In this document: positions 17,713 to 26,336 of the stretch, in pieces | Position numbering within the stretch: position 1 is the stretch's first letter | Layout: each line of letters opens with the position of its first letter | Source: a virus | Taxonomy: Duplodnaviria; Heunggongvirae; Uroviricota; Caudoviricetes | Virus record (IMG/VR): IMGVR_UViG_2671181122_000013 | Reading direction: 5' to 3' (one strand) | DNA: 32,927 nucleotides | The notes under the pieces: model-generated | Database searches by the model: none | The model's input: only the letters and a program-made list of their open reading frames with translations | Told to the model about the DNA's origin: nothing | Translations under genes and position numbers: made by a program

Positions 17713-18456
17713 TTAACTGGCTTTCTTTTTCGGGCGTCCACGTTTTGCCGGTGTCGCACTCCGGGTCTTACGCGGGGCGCGGGTGGCCGCTTTTGGCTGC
17801 GGCTCCGGCTTCGGTTTCAGCTCCCGCTCCAGTCGTTCAATCTCTTTTTTGACGCCTGCCTGACAGTCGAGCTGTGTCGCACGTTGCAGGTGAGCCAGCG
17901 CACCGGCGGCATCATCACCGTCACGCAGAAACAGACCGGTGATTTTGTGCAGCTTTGCGCGCACTTCATCAGGCATGTCTGCCGTGGCGGTCAGTTCAAG
18001 GGTTTCCGTCAGCAGGCGGGTATCCACAGATTCACCGGCAGCGTGGGCGCGCATGGCCGCAAGCGCTACCTCCTCGGTGAACATGTACGGCGGGGTACGG
18101 CGGTGTTTACCCGGCATGGTCAGACCGTACTTCAGGGCATAACGGGCAATCTCCAGCGCACCGGCAATATCGCCGGTATCCAGACGCCACAGCATGACCG
18201 TCATCAGAATGTCATCCTGTGCACCTTTGCCCTGCTCCAGCACGCCGTTCACCCACGGCAACCAGAACGGCAGCAGTTCGCGTTTTTTCGCGGCCTTCAG
18301 CTCTTTTGAATAAATCGCTTTCAGTGTGCGCTGGTCTGCGGCGAGCTTAACCAGCATCTGCTCATAGACAGTTGCATGTCGCAGCGGGGCGGCTTCCCGC
18401 TGCGCGGTCATCGCTGCCGAGACCCGCATCATGTGGCGCTGTGCGGGACTCGTCAT
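17713..18456 (-). CDS. M: Terminase endonuclease/small subunit gpM, 247 aa
   Basis: 247 aa equals P2 gpM; basic C-terminal tail. Confidence 0.9.
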   Translation of the reverse strand: MTSPAQRHMMRVSAAMTAQREAAPLRHATVYEQMLVKLAADQRTLKAIYSKELKAAKKRELLPFWLPWVNGVLEQGKGAQDDILMTVMLWRLDTGDIAGALEIARYALKYGLTMPGKHRRTPPYMFTEEVALAAMRAHAAGESVDTRLLTETLELTATADMPDEVRAKLHKITGLFLRDGDDAAGALAHLQRATQLDCQAGVKKEIERLERELKPKPEPQPKAATRAPRKTRSATPAKRGRPKKKAS

Positions 18457-18459
18457 CGG

Positions 18460-19533
18460 TTACGCTCCCGGCTCTGCGGTCGCTTTAGCCAGTGTGGAGA
18501 AATCACCGACCTTAATTTTTTCCACCAGACAACCGGCGGCGTAGTCTTCCACCACGTAATCAATGTTCATTGACTCGTAGTTCTCCACGCGGTCGAGTTT
18601 CGGGTTTTCCTCAATCACGCGGCGATGGCTGTCATCCATGTAGTAGATGGACAGGTTTTCCAGCTTTGTGATGAGCATCGCATCCGCCGGGAAGTACGGG
18701 ACGCGTACCGCTGGCAGGTTGCCGATGCGTTTCTGGCTGATGATGACGTCAGCAGCCAGCATTTCGCTGTTGTCCTGCTCCTTGTTGACGATGGGAAAAT
18801 ACTTGTCCGCCAGTAGCTGACGTCCCACAATCACCACAAGGTCAGGGTCTTCCTGATACCACGGCTCAATCAGGTTGTTGGTCGCATCCATCACCAGTGC
18901 GTCAAGGCTGGCATAATCACCGCCCTTACCCACGCGGATAACCTCAGAGGTGGTGCGCCCTTCCTCGTCAGTGACCTTGCTCATCACGCGCGCCGGGGCT
19001 TCATTGCGGTATTTCTGCAGCCAGCCGACCGCCACATCCTGCAGCATCGGATTGCTGCTGCGGTCAGAGGTTTCGGCACGCCTCACGCCGTTAAAACCGG
19101 CCATGATTAAATCAAGGGACTGGCGTTTGATAATGGCGTTACGGACACGGAGCTGGAAATCCTGATAACGCGCCCACAGGTCCAGCGTTTTGTAGCGGAT
19201 ATAAAAATCGAAGTTAATCTGGTCGCATTCGTACTTGTTTGACGCCAGCTTCGAGAAGTCCTTCGGCTGACGCTCGGTGCCACCGGCGGTGTCGGTGGTG
19301 CTGGCGATGGAGCCGGTGACACCGATGCCAATTTTTTCCCCTTTCATTTCGCTGACCGGCACAATGTTGATGCGGGTCAGAAAGTCAGAGGACTCCTGCA
19401 TGGTGTTCATCAGGGTCTGGGTGACCGACGGTTCAACGGTGAATTTTTTCGACACATCACCGGCGTCGATGCCGTTCAGTTCGGCAACACGGGACAGGTA
19501 GGCATTAAATTTAAAGCGGGTTTCCTGGCGCAT
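18460..19533 (-). CDS. N: Major capsid protein gpN, 357 aa
   Basis: 357 aa equals P2 gpN. Confidence 0.9.
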   Translation of the reverse strand: MRQETRFKFNAYLSRVAELNGIDAGDVSKKFTVEPSVTQTLMNTMQESSDFLTRINIVPVSEMKGEKIGIGVTGSIASTTDTAGGTERQPKDFSKLASNKYECDQINFDFYIRYKTLDLWARYQDFQLRVRNAIIKRQSLDLIMAGFNGVRRAETSDRSSNPMLQDVAVGWLQKYRNEAPARVMSKVTDEEGRTTSEVIRVGKGGDYASLDALVMDATNNLIEPWYQEDPDLVVIVGRQLLADKYFPIVNKEQDNSEMLAADVIISQKRIGNLPAVRVPYFPADAMLITKLENLSIYYMDDSHRRVIEENPKLDRVENYESMNIDYVVEDYAAGCLVEKIKVGDFSTLAKATAEPGA

Positions 19534-19591
19534 AGTTTTTCCTGAAATTAAGGGTTAATCGTGAAGGTTTTCCCGGACTGACTGACGCCGG

Positions 19592-20446
19592 TCAGCAGTT
19601 CGTCATCAGGGCGTCACCGCCACCGCCGGTGGCTTTACTGCGGCGCTGCTGGGTCAGACTTTCGGTGTGGTCGAGACTGTTTTTCAGGCGGGTGAATGCC
19701 TGACTGGTTTCATCCGCCCTGTCAGTCACATCCTGCTTAAGTGCGGAAAAGGCGGTTTCCATCTCAGCAAGGCGCTGCTCAGTGGCGCTCAGTTTTTCCT
19801 GCACATGCTCAGCGACAGCGGTCACTGCTTCATGCACGTCATTCAGACGGGCGTCATCGCTGGCCTGTTTGCGGCCAAAAATGGATTTCACCTTTTCGGT
19901 CAGGGCTGTGAACACGGTTTCAGGCAGGTCTTCAAATTCCAGCTCAACAGGCGTTGCCACTGAAATCAGGTTTTCAGGGCTTAATTTGAAGCGGTTCAGA
20001 GGGTTGTGTTTTGCCGTGCGGCAGAATTCCAGGTATTCCGTGCCGAGGCTTGCCGGGTCATCGGTGACGGCCAGCCCCACCAGATAACATTTGCCGGTAT
20101 TGGCAAAGTTCGGCTGAATTTCCATTGAGGTGTAGACCTTCTGCGCGGCCTTGTTCATCGCGATAAGGTCATCGGTCGGGGTGATTTTCGCAAACAGCGC
20201 CCATTTGCCTTTCAGCGCCGAATCATCGTCAATCTTTTCGGCCTTCAGTTCGACCACATCGCCATAACGCTTAAAAATACCGTCAGGCAGGATGCCGCGC
20301 AGATGTTCCAGGTTAATGCGGCAACCATAGACTCGCGGGTCAAAGGTTTCGGCCATTTCCTGAATATCCTGCGCACTGATGACACGCCCGTCACAGGTGT
20401 CACCCTCAACGCCGATACGAAAGAATTTTGAGACTTTTTTTGCCAT
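19592..20446 (-). CDS. O: Capsid scaffold protein gpO, 284 aa
   Basis: Start at the internal ATG (MAKKVSKFFRIGVEG…) gives the 284 aa of P2 gpO. Confidence 0.85.
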   Translation of the reverse strand: MAKKVSKFFRIGVEGDTCDGRVISAQDIQEMAETFDPRVYGCRINLEHLRGILPDGIFKRYGDVVELKAEKIDDDSALKGKWALFAKITPTDDLIAMNKAAQKVYTSMEIQPNFANTGKCYLVGLAVTDDPASLGTEYLEFCRTAKHNPLNRFKLSPENLISVATPVELEFEDLPETVFTALTEKVKSIFGRKQASDDARLNDVHEAVTAVAEHVQEKLSATEQRLAEMETAFSALKQDVTDRADETSQAFTRLKNSLDHTESLTQQRRSKATGGGGDALMTNC

Positions 20447-20619
20447 TGTCAGGAGTCCTGAATAGTGATTAGAGGAGTCACATGTCGGCATCAGTTTCCC
20501 GACGATGCGCATCCTCCGCCATCAGTCCCGGATGGCTTATCACTGACACAACAGCACCTTAGCGAATCGCGGGGCGCGACTCAGTAGCCTTGCCGTGTAT
20601 TCATCACGGCGAGGTATTC

Positions 20620-22392
20620 ATGACCATCACCACAGACACCACTCTTTTACACGACCCGCGTCGTCAGGCGGCGCTGCTGTACTGGCAGGGGTTTTCCGTG
20701 CCGCAGATTGCCGCCATGTTGCAGATGAAACGCCCGACGGTGCAGAGCTGGAAACAGCGCGACGGCTGGGACAGCGTTGCCCCCATCAGCCGTGTCGAAA
20801 TGAGTCTGGAAGCGCGGCTGACCCAGCTCATCATCAAACCGCAGAAAACCGGTGGTGACTTCAAGGAAATTGACCTGCTCGGACGCCAGATTGAACGACT
20901 GGCACGGGTAAACCGCTACAGTCAGACCGGCAACGAGGCAGACCTTAATCCGAACGTCGCTAACCGCAACAAAGGCGGGCGTCGCAAACCGAAAAAGAAT
21001 TTTTTCAGTGACGAGGCCATCGAAAAGCTGGAGCAGATTTTCTTTGAGCAGTCTTTCGACTATCAGTTGCACTGGTATCGCGCCGGGCTTGAGCACCGCA
21101 TCCGCGATATCCTGAAATCCCGCCAGATTGGCGCGACGTTTTATTTTTCCCGCGAGGCGCTGCTGCGTGCCCTGAAAACCGGTCATAACCAGATTTTTCT
21201 GTCGGCCAGTAAAACGCAGGCGTATGTGTTCCGCGAATACATCATCGCCTTTGCCCGTCTGGTTGACGTTGACCTGACCGGTGACCCGATTGTCCTGGGC
21301 AATAACGGCGCAAAACTGATTTTTCTCGGCACCAACTCCAACACCGCGCAGAGTCATAACGGCGACCTGTACGTCGATGAGATTTTCTGGATCCCGAATT
21401 TTCAGATACTGCGTAAGGTGGCATCAGGTATGGCCTCACAGAGTCACCTGCGCTCGACCTATTTCTCCACCCCGTCCACGCTGGCGCACGACGCCTACCC
21501 GTTCTGGTCGGGTGAACTGTTTAACCGGGGACGCGCCAGTGCCGCCGAACGCGTGGAAATCGACGTCAGTCATAACGCCCTTGCCGGTGGGCTTCTCTGT
21601 GCGGACGGCCAGTGGCGACAGATTGTCACCATTGAGGACGCCCTGAAAGGCGGCTGCACGCTGTTCGACATTGAGCAGCTCAAACGCGAAAACAGCGCCG
21701 ACGATTTTAAAAACCTGTTCATGTGTGAATTTGTTGACGACAAGGCATCGGTGTTCCCGTTCGAGGAGCTGCAACGCTGCATGGTCGACACGCTGGAAGA
21801 ATGGGAAGACTATGCGCCGTTTGCCGCCAATCCGTTCGGCTCCCGCCCGGTATGGATTGGTTACGACCCGTCACACCGTGGCGACAGCGCCGGATGCGTG
21901 GTACTGGCACCGCCGGTGGTGGCCGGTGGCAAATTCAGAATACTTGAGCGTCACCAGTGGAAAGGTATGGACTTTGCCACCCAGGCGGAATCCATCCGCA
22001 AACTCACCGAAAAATATAACGTCGAATACATCGGTATTGATGCCACCGGCCTCGGTGTCGGCGTGTTCCAGCTCGTGCGCTCGTTCTATCCCGCCGCGCG
22101 CGATATCCGCTACACGCCGGAAATGAAAACCGCAATGGTGCTCAAGGCAAAAGACGTTATCCGTCGTGGCTGTCTGGAATATGACGTCAGCGCCACCGAC
22201 ATCACCAGCTCGTTTATGGCTATCCGCAAGAGCATGACCAGCAGCGGACGCAGCGCCACCTATGAGGCCAGCCGCAGCGAGGAAGCCAGCCACGCCGACC
22301 TCGCATGGGCGACCATGCACGCCCTGTTAAATGAGCCACTCACCGCCGGTATCAGCACACCGCTGACATCCACCATTCTGGAGTTTTACTGA
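20620..22392 (+). CDS. P: Terminase large (ATPase) subunit gpP, 590 aa
   Basis: Start at MTITTDTTLLHDP gives the 590 aa of P2 gpP; divergent from O. Confidence 0.9.
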   Translation: MTITTDTTLLHDPRRQAALLYWQGFSVPQIAAMLQMKRPTVQSWKQRDGWDSVAPISRVEMSLEARLTQLIIKPQKTGGDFKEIDLLGRQIERLARVNRYSQTGNEADLNPNVANRNKGGRRKPKKNFFSDEAIEKLEQIFFEQSFDYQLHWYRAGLEHRIRDILKSRQIGATFYFSREALLRALKTGHNQIFLSASKTQAYVFREYIIAFARLVDVDLTGDPIVLGNNGAKLIFLGTNSNTAQSHNGDLYVDEIFWIPNFQILRKVASGMASQSHLRSTYFSTPSTLAHDAYPFWSGELFNRGRASAAERVEIDVSHNALAGGLLCADGQWRQIVTIEDALKGGCTLFDIEQLKRENSADDFKNLFMCEFVDDKASVFPFEELQRCMVDTLEEWEDYAPFAANPFGSRPVWIGYDPSHRGDSAGCVVLAPPVVAGGKFRILERHQWKGMDFATQAESIRKLTEKYNVEYIGIDATGLGVGVFQLVRSFYPAARDIRYTPEMKTAMVLKAKDVIRRGCLEYDVSATDITSSFMAIRKSMTSSGRSATYEASRSEEASHADLAWATMHALLNEPLTAGISTPLTSTILEFY

Positions 22393-23426
22393 TGAGCAAG
22401 AAAAAAGGGAAAACACCGCAACCTGCGGCAAAAAAAATGACCGCCAGCGCCCCGAAAATGGAGGCATTCACCTTTGGTGAGCCGGTGCCGGTACTCGACC
22501 GCCGTGACATTCTGGATTACGTCGAGTGCATCAGTAACGGCAGATGGTATGAGCCACCGGTCAGCTTTACCGGTCTGGCAAAAAGCCTGCGTGCTGCCGT
22601 GCATCACAGCTCCCCGATTTACGTCAAACGCAATATTCTGGCCTCGACATTTATCCCGCATCCGTGGCTTTCCCAGCAGGATTTCAGCCGCTTTGCGCTG
22701 GATTTTCTGGTGTTCGGTAATGCGTTTCTGGAAAAGCGTTACAGCACCACCGGTAAGGTCATCAGACTGGAAACCTCACCGGCAAAATATACCCGCCGTG
22801 GCGTGGAGGAGGATGTTTACTGGTGGGTGCCGTCCTTCAACGAGCCGACACCTTTCACGCCCGGCTCCGTGTTTCATCTGCTGGAGCCGGATATTAATCA
22901 GGAGCTGTACGGCATGCCGGAATATCTCAGCGCCCTTAACTCTGCCTGGCTGAATGAGTCAGCCACGCTGTTCCGCCGCAAGTATTACGAAAACGGCGCA
23001 CATGCCGGATACATCATGTACGTCACTGATGCCGTGCAGGATCGCAACGATATCGAAATGCTTCGCGAAAACATGGTCAAGTCGAAAGGCCGCAACAACT
23101 TTAAAAATCTGTTTCTCTATGCCCCGCAGGGAAAAGCCGACGGCATTAAAATTATCCCGCTCAGTGAAGTGGCAACGAAGGACGATTTTTTTAATATCAA
23201 AAAAGCCAGCGCCGCTGACCTGCTGGACGCGCACCGCATCCCCTTTCAGTTGATGGGCGGCAAGCCGGAGAACGTCGGGTCGCTGGGTGATATTGAGAAA
23301 GTGGCAAAGGTCTTTGTCCGCAATGAGCTTATCCCGTTACAGGACAGGATCCGCGAGATAAACGGCTGGCTCGGTCAGGAGGTCATCCGCTTTAAAAACT
23401 ACTCACTGGACACTGACAACGGCTGA
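22392..23426 (+). CDS. Q: Portal protein gpQ, 344 aa
   Basis: 344 aa equals P2 gpQ; translationally coupled to P. Confidence 0.9.
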   Translation: MSKKKGKTPQPAAKKMTASAPKMEAFTFGEPVPVLDRRDILDYVECISNGRWYEPPVSFTGLAKSLRAAVHHSSPIYVKRNILASTFIPHPWLSQQDFSRFALDFLVFGNAFLEKRYSTTGKVIRLETSPAKYTRRGVEEDVYWWVPSFNEPTPFTPGSVFHLLEPDINQELYGMPEYLSALNSAWLNESATLFRRKYYENGAHAGYIMYVTDAVQDRNDIEMLRENMVKSKGRNNFKNLFLYAPQGKADGIKIIPLSEVATKDDFFNIKKASAADLLDAHRIPFQLMGGKPENVGSLGDIEKVAKVFVRNELIPLQDRIREINGWLGQEVIRFKNYSLDTDNG

Positions 23427-23431
23427 ACATC

Positions 23432-23453
23432 GCCGCCTGCGGGCGGCTTTTTT
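23432..23453 (+). terminator. Rho-independent terminator after Q (GCCGCC-TGCG-GGCGGC plus T6)
   Basis: GC-rich hairpin followed by TTTTTT 6 bp after the Q stop. Confidence 0.7.
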
Positions 23454-23590
23454 ACACCCCGCCATCACGCCCTCACACGCTCACCACCGCACAAAACATC
23501 CCGCAGACAACGCCCCGGCTAACAATCTAAACGCCATCACGACGCGCTCAGACGCTGAAAAAATAAAATCAGCACCACCGCCAGCGCGCA

Positions 23591-23609
23591 GTGCTATCCC
23601 CGCCTCGCC
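23591..23609. other. cos-like site (19 bp), P2-type cohesive-end sequence with one mismatch
   Basis: Reverse complement GGCGAGGCGGGGATAGCAC against P2 cos GGCGAGGCGGGGAAAGCAC as remembered; located just beyond Q as in P2. Confidence 0.65.
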
Positions 23610-23726
23610 CGCCCGCTTAATGGGGCGGTTTTAATGCGGGTGCATAACCACTTCTTACCCACATCAATTCTGGTCAAGCCAAGCAGTACAGCTTATGATT
23701 TCAAGATGCAAACTCATGCAGCAATG

Positions 23727-24920
23727 TTAAATTCTGCATCCATCGGTTTGAAAATGTGATCCGTTTTTCGAATTCAAACTCAACTCTGTTTGACTCTTTT
23801 GAACATTAATAGTTTTACCAGTAAGGACATCCAAAACCCCTGCAGCAACAGCCTGCGCCAATTTACAAGGCACAGCATTCCCTATCTGACGCCAAATTGA
23901 CGAATTTTTCCCCACAAAGACATAATTACTCGGGAATGTTTGAATCAAAAGAGCCTCATCTATCGTTAGTCGACGTAAACGACTAGGTACATCGTGCATA
24001 TCTTTTGGCTCACCACCATTCATTAGATGATTATGATAAGTCTCAACATAACTTGTTGAGCCATCATAAAGGTGTTCTTCATCAATAATTGGTGTCCTAT
24101 TCCCCCCCATAGAAGCAGCTATAGTTGAAGCATACCCATTCGGGTTAATTGGTCTTCCCTGCCCGTTAAACATCATTCCCGCGTAAGGTGACTTCCGTAA
24201 TACTGGCTTAGCAGCATTTGTAATCCTTGCATTACAGACTCTTGAATTGTTTGGATTACCCGCTCGCCCTAAAGGCCGAATAATCTCACCAACTGTGGGC
24301 GAAAGATATTGGTATTTTTTTATCGCCGCCTCAACTCGTTTCACATCATTTTCGGAACGAAACCCTATAAAAAACATACGTTCCCTATTCTGAGGAACGC
24401 CAAAATCTTTAGAATTCAGCACCAGCAAGGCTGAACGATAGCCTGACTTTTCAGCCATCTTAAACAGTTCACACCTAACTGGTTCAAATTTGGACAACTG
24501 TGCTAAAGCCTTAACATTCTCCATAACAAAGCATTCTGGTTGAATTATATCCACCGCCCGCATGAATGACATAACCAGCTTACTACGTGGATCATGAGCG
24601 TCCATTTTCCCTGCCACAGAAAATCCTTGGCATGGAGGCCCACCAAAAACACAACCTATATTTTTCAGCCCAGACAATTCACTTAGCATCTCATCAATAT
24701 CACCACAAAAAACAGGTGATTCATGATTAAGCTTAAATGTATCACATGCATCCTTATCTATATCATTGGCCCAAACTGTTCGGAACCCGGCATTAGAGAA
24801 ACCGACATCCATCCCTCCTGCCCCAGTAAATAAGCTCACCGCTGAAATTTTGTTCACTTCTTTAGCACCAATTATTCGATTTTGGAATAAAACCAATGAT
24901 AGGTAAGGATCGACACACAA
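23727..24920 (-). CDS. C5-cytosine DNA methyltransferase (Type II modification enzyme)
   Basis: Motif I LFTGAGGMDVGF, motif IV GGPPCQGFSVAG, motif VI FVMENVKAL, motif VIII QNRERMFFIGF, motif X IGNAVP. The ORF-track start at 24920 is a TTG codon; the real start may be the GTG near 24857, giving an MNKISAVSLFTGAGG N-terminus. Confidence 0.9.
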   Translation of the reverse strand: MCVDPYLSLVLFQNRIIGAKEVNKISAVSLFTGAGGMDVGFSNAGFRTVWANDIDKDACDTFKLNHESPVFCGDIDEMLSELSGLKNIGCVFGGPPCQGFSVAGKMDAHDPRSKLVMSFMRAVDIIQPECFVMENVKALAQLSKFEPVRCELFKMAEKSGYRSALLVLNSKDFGVPQNRERMFFIGFRSENDVKRVEAAIKKYQYLSPTVGEIIRPLGRAGNPNNSRVCNARITNAAKPVLRKSPYAGMMFNGQGRPINPNGYASTIAASMGGNRTPIIDEEHLYDGSTSYVETYHNHLMNGGEPKDMHDVPSRLRRLTIDEALLIQTFPSNYVFVGKNSSIWRQIGNAVPCKLAQAVAAGVLDVLTGKTINVQKSQTELSLNSKNGSHFQTDGCRI

Positions 24921-25210
24921 TCAATCACCTTCTAAACCACATGGCAAAACGACAACCAACTATACATGATCATAGATACAGGTGCCTAGTCCAGCTTCTC
25001 ACCAAACTACGCAAAGAAGCTTCTCTTTCGCAGTCAGAATTGGCCATTTTTCTAGGATTATCACAATCAGATATATCTAAAATCGAAAGCTTTGAAAGGC
25101 GATTAGATGCTTTAGAACTATTTGAATTATTAGAGGTGGTTGCAAGCCGATTAGGTCTACCAATGGATATCTTACTAAAGGACACCTATGAAAGTATTAG
25201 TAAATCATGA
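24896..25210 (+). CDS. Small HTH (XRE/Cro-type) protein, candidate controller (C) protein of the R-M cassette
   Basis: HTH-like segment LSQSELAIFLGLSQSDISKIE; divergent from the methyltransferase; its 3' end overlaps the downstream nuclease gene by 23 nt (translational coupling). Confidence 0.6.
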   Translation: MIGKDRHTINHLLNHMAKRQPTIHDHRYRCLVQLLTKLRKEASLSQSELAIFLGLSQSDISKIESFERRLDALELFELLEVVASRLGLPMDILLKDTYESISKS

Positions 25211-26243
25211 GCAAGCCTATAATGCAATTATAAATGCAATCAACGATGCAAAAAAATTAACTGATTACAAAACAAATAATCAATGGGTCTCCATTCAAAA
25301 TGTAATTTTAGGCACCCACCTTACATACAGATATATACTTATTACTGGTTTACTTGCAAAAGCAACAGACCCTAGAGTAAACCCTCTGGCTTTACAAGCT
25401 AATGCCCCCGTAGACGGAGCCTATGATGCAAGAAGTTTATGTCATTCGGTAATAGTAGGCAAAGTAGAAGGCCCATTTTTAGAGGGTAAGTTAGGCGCAT
25501 CAAATGAGCCATTTCTAAATAAACCTGCTCGTTACATGCTCCACTCCTCTGATAACCCTGTGCGCAGAGGAAATGATAAGGTTTTACAACAACTTTCAAT
25601 TGATATATTACATGCAGCAACAACCCAAACCTTAGCTTATGAAATGCTTGTTATTGCATTATATTTTACCCTACAGCGAACCAATAGAGTTATAACGCCG
25701 AACTCAATTAATTTTGATTTTCATAAGATTATTTATAATATTATATCTCATCCTTGTGATGGAGAAACATGCGCGATTGCTGCCGCAATTTCGTTACATT
25801 TATTAGGTGAACAAAGAGGATGGATAATAAAAGCACATCCCGTCAATCAGGCCGGTAGCTCCTCAAAAGAGATACTGGACATAGATGTATATCATGACGA
25901 TATAGTTTTCCTTTCTATAGAAGTGAAAGACAAACCATTTAATTATCAAGATGTTAATCACGCCGTTTCAAAAGCATCTGCATCCGGGATTTCAAAAGTT
26001 ATCTTCCTTAAAGGGCCAAGAGCAACAAACTTAGATATTGATGAGTCTCTTGCGATTGAGAACGCTGCGACAAAAGGTATTTCACTAAGCTTTAGTGACG
26101 TCATGACATTCACAACAACATGTTATGCGTTATCGCCACTATTAAGTAATGACAGAATAATAGATTTCATAAATAACACTTTAAAAGACATCAGAGCTAA
26201 AGATAGCACTATAGAATACATACAATCCATATTTAAAAATTAA
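25188..26243 (+). CDS. Putative restriction endonuclease (PD-(D/E)xK-like), 351 aa
   Basis: Motif …LDIDVYHDDIVFLSIEVKDK… (Asp followed by a hydrophobic strand and E-x-K); AGGA ribosome-binding site 7 nt upstream of the ATG; AT-rich; adjacent to the methyltransferase and HTH genes. Confidence 0.55.
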   Translation: MKVLVNHEQAYNAIINAINDAKKLTDYKTNNQWVSIQNVILGTHLTYRYILITGLLAKATDPRVNPLALQANAPVDGAYDARSLCHSVIVGKVEGPFLEGKLGASNEPFLNKPARYMLHSSDNPVRRGNDKVLQQLSIDILHAATTQTLAYEMLVIALYFTLQRTNRVITPNSINFDFHKIIYNIISHPCDGETCAIAAAISLHLLGEQRGWIIKAHPVNQAGSSSKEILDIDVYHDDIVFLSIEVKDKPFNYQDVNHAVSKASASGISKVIFLKGPRATNLDIDESLAIENAATKGISLSFSDVMTFTTTCYALSPLLSNDRIIDFINNTLKDIRAKDSTIEYIQSIFKN

Positions 26244-26250
26244 TACTCCC

Positions 26251-26288
26251 GGGACAATATAGTTCACAACTACGTTGTCCCTTTTAAA
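26251..26288 (+). terminator. Hairpin (GGGACAA…TTGTCCC) followed by TTTTAAAA, probable terminator of the nuclease gene
   Basis: 7-bp inverted repeat with a 17-nt loop and T-rich tail directly after the stop at 26243. Confidence 0.45.
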
Positions 26289-26336
26289 ACAGTCAAGCAA
26301 TTGCATTATATTAATTATTTACTTTTTATCACAATC

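Noticed and set aside
17710-18309. 199-aa plus-strand ORF opposite gpM
   Set aside because: Antisense to the terminase small subunit; no support.
20590-20619. Upstream ATG giving a 600-aa gpP (similar upstream extensions for O, L, X, lysB and C)
   Set aside because: Internal ATGs give lengths matching the P2 homologues and, for L and C, have better-placed ribosome-binding sites; the longer versions were treated as ORF-caller extensions.
20647-21357. 236-aa minus-strand ORF inside gpP, plus other alternative-frame ORFs in P and Q
   Set aside because: Embedded in the terminase and portal genes, which have P2-like lengths; shadow ORFs.
24896-25210. The HTH protein as a second phage immunity repressor
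   Set aside because: It is embedded in the AT-rich R-M cassette and translationally coupled to the nuclease gene, while the backbone already has a P2-type C repressor at 30758..31057; a controller-protein role fits better, though this is unproven.
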